A stretch of 64,000 nt of DNA. Origin: Azolla caroliniana (Eukaryota > Plantae > Polypodiophyta). The stretch is taken from assembly GCA_043228905.1 (NCBI GenBank), contig JBHGNT010000006.1, positions 7,130,001 to 7,194,000 on the forward strand, written 5' to 3'. Every line of letters begins with the position of its first letter. Positions within the stretch are counted from its first letter, which is position 1. Shown one piece after another: positions 62,035 to 64,000 of the stretch. The notes beneath the pieces were generated by a model that was not told the origin of the DNA, did not search any database, and saw only the letters and a program-made list of their open reading frames with translations. The position numbers and the translations under genes were made by a program.

Positions 62035-64000
62035 CATTTTGAATGTTTTGCATAAAAAGAGTTGTCACACAACTTTTGCAAAACAAATCAAACATGTTGA
62101 ACATGATCTTGCAAGGTACGGCTATATATCAAAATATCATCCAAGAAGACGACAACAAAATCACCGAGTTGATCTCAGAAAATGTCATTCATCGTTTGTT
62201 GGAATGTGGCTGGAGCATTAGTCAACCCAAAAGGCATGGCTAAAAACTCATAATGGCCATAACGCGTACGAAAAACAGTTTTAGGAATATCATCCTCGGC
62301 AATGAGAATATAAAGATAACCTGTTCGTAAGTCAATTTTCTTAAAATATCGGGCCCCATGCAAACGATCAATCAAATCATCGGCACGAGGTAATGGATAT
62401 GCATGTTTAATTGTCATTTTATTCAAACGGGGATAATTGGTACACATTCGCCATGAACCTTCATTCTTCTTAACTAATTGAACTGATGCACCCCAAGGTG
62501 ATTTACTATACCTAATGTGGCCCATACTCAAGTATTCCTTAAGTTGTTTAGCGATCTCATCCTCTTCTAATCGACTAAGTTGGTAAGGTGGAATGCTCAA
62601 AGGAGCAACACCAGGGATGAGTTCAATTTGATGGTCCACATTACGTTTTGGTGGTAAAGTAAGCGGCAATTCGTTAGGAAACGTCTTGAAAATCATCTAA
62701 AATAGAGTTGAGTAATCCTTGTTCATAATGTGGTAATTGTGTGGTGTCAATATTAAAATAATAAAATTGAAGCGCAGGATCAATTACACACGAATAAATT
62801 AATGAACTAGAATACTCATTTAAAGATTTAGAAGACACAAGTGAACGAGAAGGAAGTTTGGAACATTGAATAAAATGTTTACAATTATTAAATTCAAATG
62901 TGATTGAGTGATTAACCTAATCAATGGATAAAGAAGGGTTTTTATTAAAAAACCAAGAGTATCCTAAAATGACATCTACAGATTGTAGTTTCATAACATG
63001 AAAGTTTAGCTTCTCCAAATAGGTATCTATTTGAATTGGCAATTGACAAACAATGCCACTGATGTATTGAAGGCTTCCATTTGCCATGTGAACTTGATAG
63101 ATATGATCACTTGTGTTTATGTGGAGTTCCATTTGTTGCAAAAAGTGATCATTAAGAAAATTGTGAGAACTACTAGAATCAAACAAGAAATGTGCTTGTG
63201 TTCCATTGATATACCCGACTGCTCAGAGTAAATCATTAGGTCCAAGTAAATGTGAAGGAAAAGTGCATTCGCATGAACTTAAGTGGTTGGTATGAACCTC
63301 AACAACATCAAAAGACTCACCTGTGTGACTCGTAGATTTGTCTTGAGGACTTCCTCTCAAAACGACGACATGTATCCTTTGTGTGGCCCCGCTTCTTGCA
63401 ATATGCACAGAAGAGGTTCGGTTTCTTGGAGTCGCGGTCAAGAGTGCCATTGGATTGCTTACGTTTCCCAATGAACTTGACATTCGGAGTTTTGGTGAAC
63501 TCCGGTTTATTGTGGTCTTTCTTGGAAGTCCTATGGTACTGAAGTACAATGTTGACAGCTTCCTCGAAAGTTGTGGGTCCTTGTCGTGGACAATCCAATG
63601 GTAATCCCCATTGGGAATACGATTCAAAAAGCAAGCAACAAACCATTTCTCACCCGTAAGTCTCGATTTTTGGATCTGGGTCCGAGCATGATGCACATAA
63701 TACTCGAGAGAGGTAAATGACTTACTTGACAACGTGAGCAAGTGTTGTGCTTGCTCAGTTTGAGAAGGTGGCTGGAAAAACTGTTTCTTAAAAACATCAA
63801 CGAAACCTTCCCAAGTTGTGGGTAAGTTCTTTGCAGTCCTTAGGCCACACCACCAAGCAGCAGCTCGGCCACCTAACTCACGACCGACATACCAATTTTT
63901 ACAGCATCGGGCTTGGGGTGGAGCTCAAACTGAGACTCCCAACAACCAAGCCAAGTGCTAATGGCCTCCTCGGTTCTTTCTTTCTTATCTCCCTTGAATG
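62035..64000 (-). mobile_element. Degenerate Ty3/gypsy gag-protease-RT fragment of a different family, running off the window
   Basis: CAYCKKRGHTKDTC knuckle, FDSSSSHNF protease, RT ([44 protein letters not shown]); truncated after the RT core. Confidence 0.88.

Overview
Eukaryotic land-plant nuclear DNA. Tcn1-type self-priming chromoviruses and the gene structures suggest a non-seed plant such as a fern or lycophyte (inference). There are two complete minus-strand housekeeping genes, both reconstructed exon by exon: cobalamin-independent methionine synthase (14 coding exons, 766 aa, 406-5046) and a PTS2-bearing peroxisomal long-chain acyl-CoA synthetase of LACS6/7 type (24 coding exons, 694 aa, 26232-34061). 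The rest is nested transposon DNA: two Ty1/copia elements, an intact and very young Ty3/gypsy chromovirus (39001-44778), a decayed sister copy (50047-60650), a Tat-like fragment, several solo or partial LTRs, two hAT MITEs, split LINEs and a short plastid 23S rRNA insertion. Most notable observations: (i) a tRNA-like A-box/B-box module with 43-44 nt spacing in U3 of three unrelated LTR families, antisense to the LTR promoter; (ii) four LTR insertions whose flanking 4-mer is centred on CpG (NCGN), two with confirmed 4-bp TSDs; (iii) Tf1-style self-priming and a G_UUA_AAC -1 frameshift with a stem-loop/pseudoknot in the chromovirus; (iv) an array of AG|GT sites in the methionine synthase 5' leader; (v) a duplicated, stop-containing relic exon in LACS. 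All coordinates were read by eye and no database searches were run.
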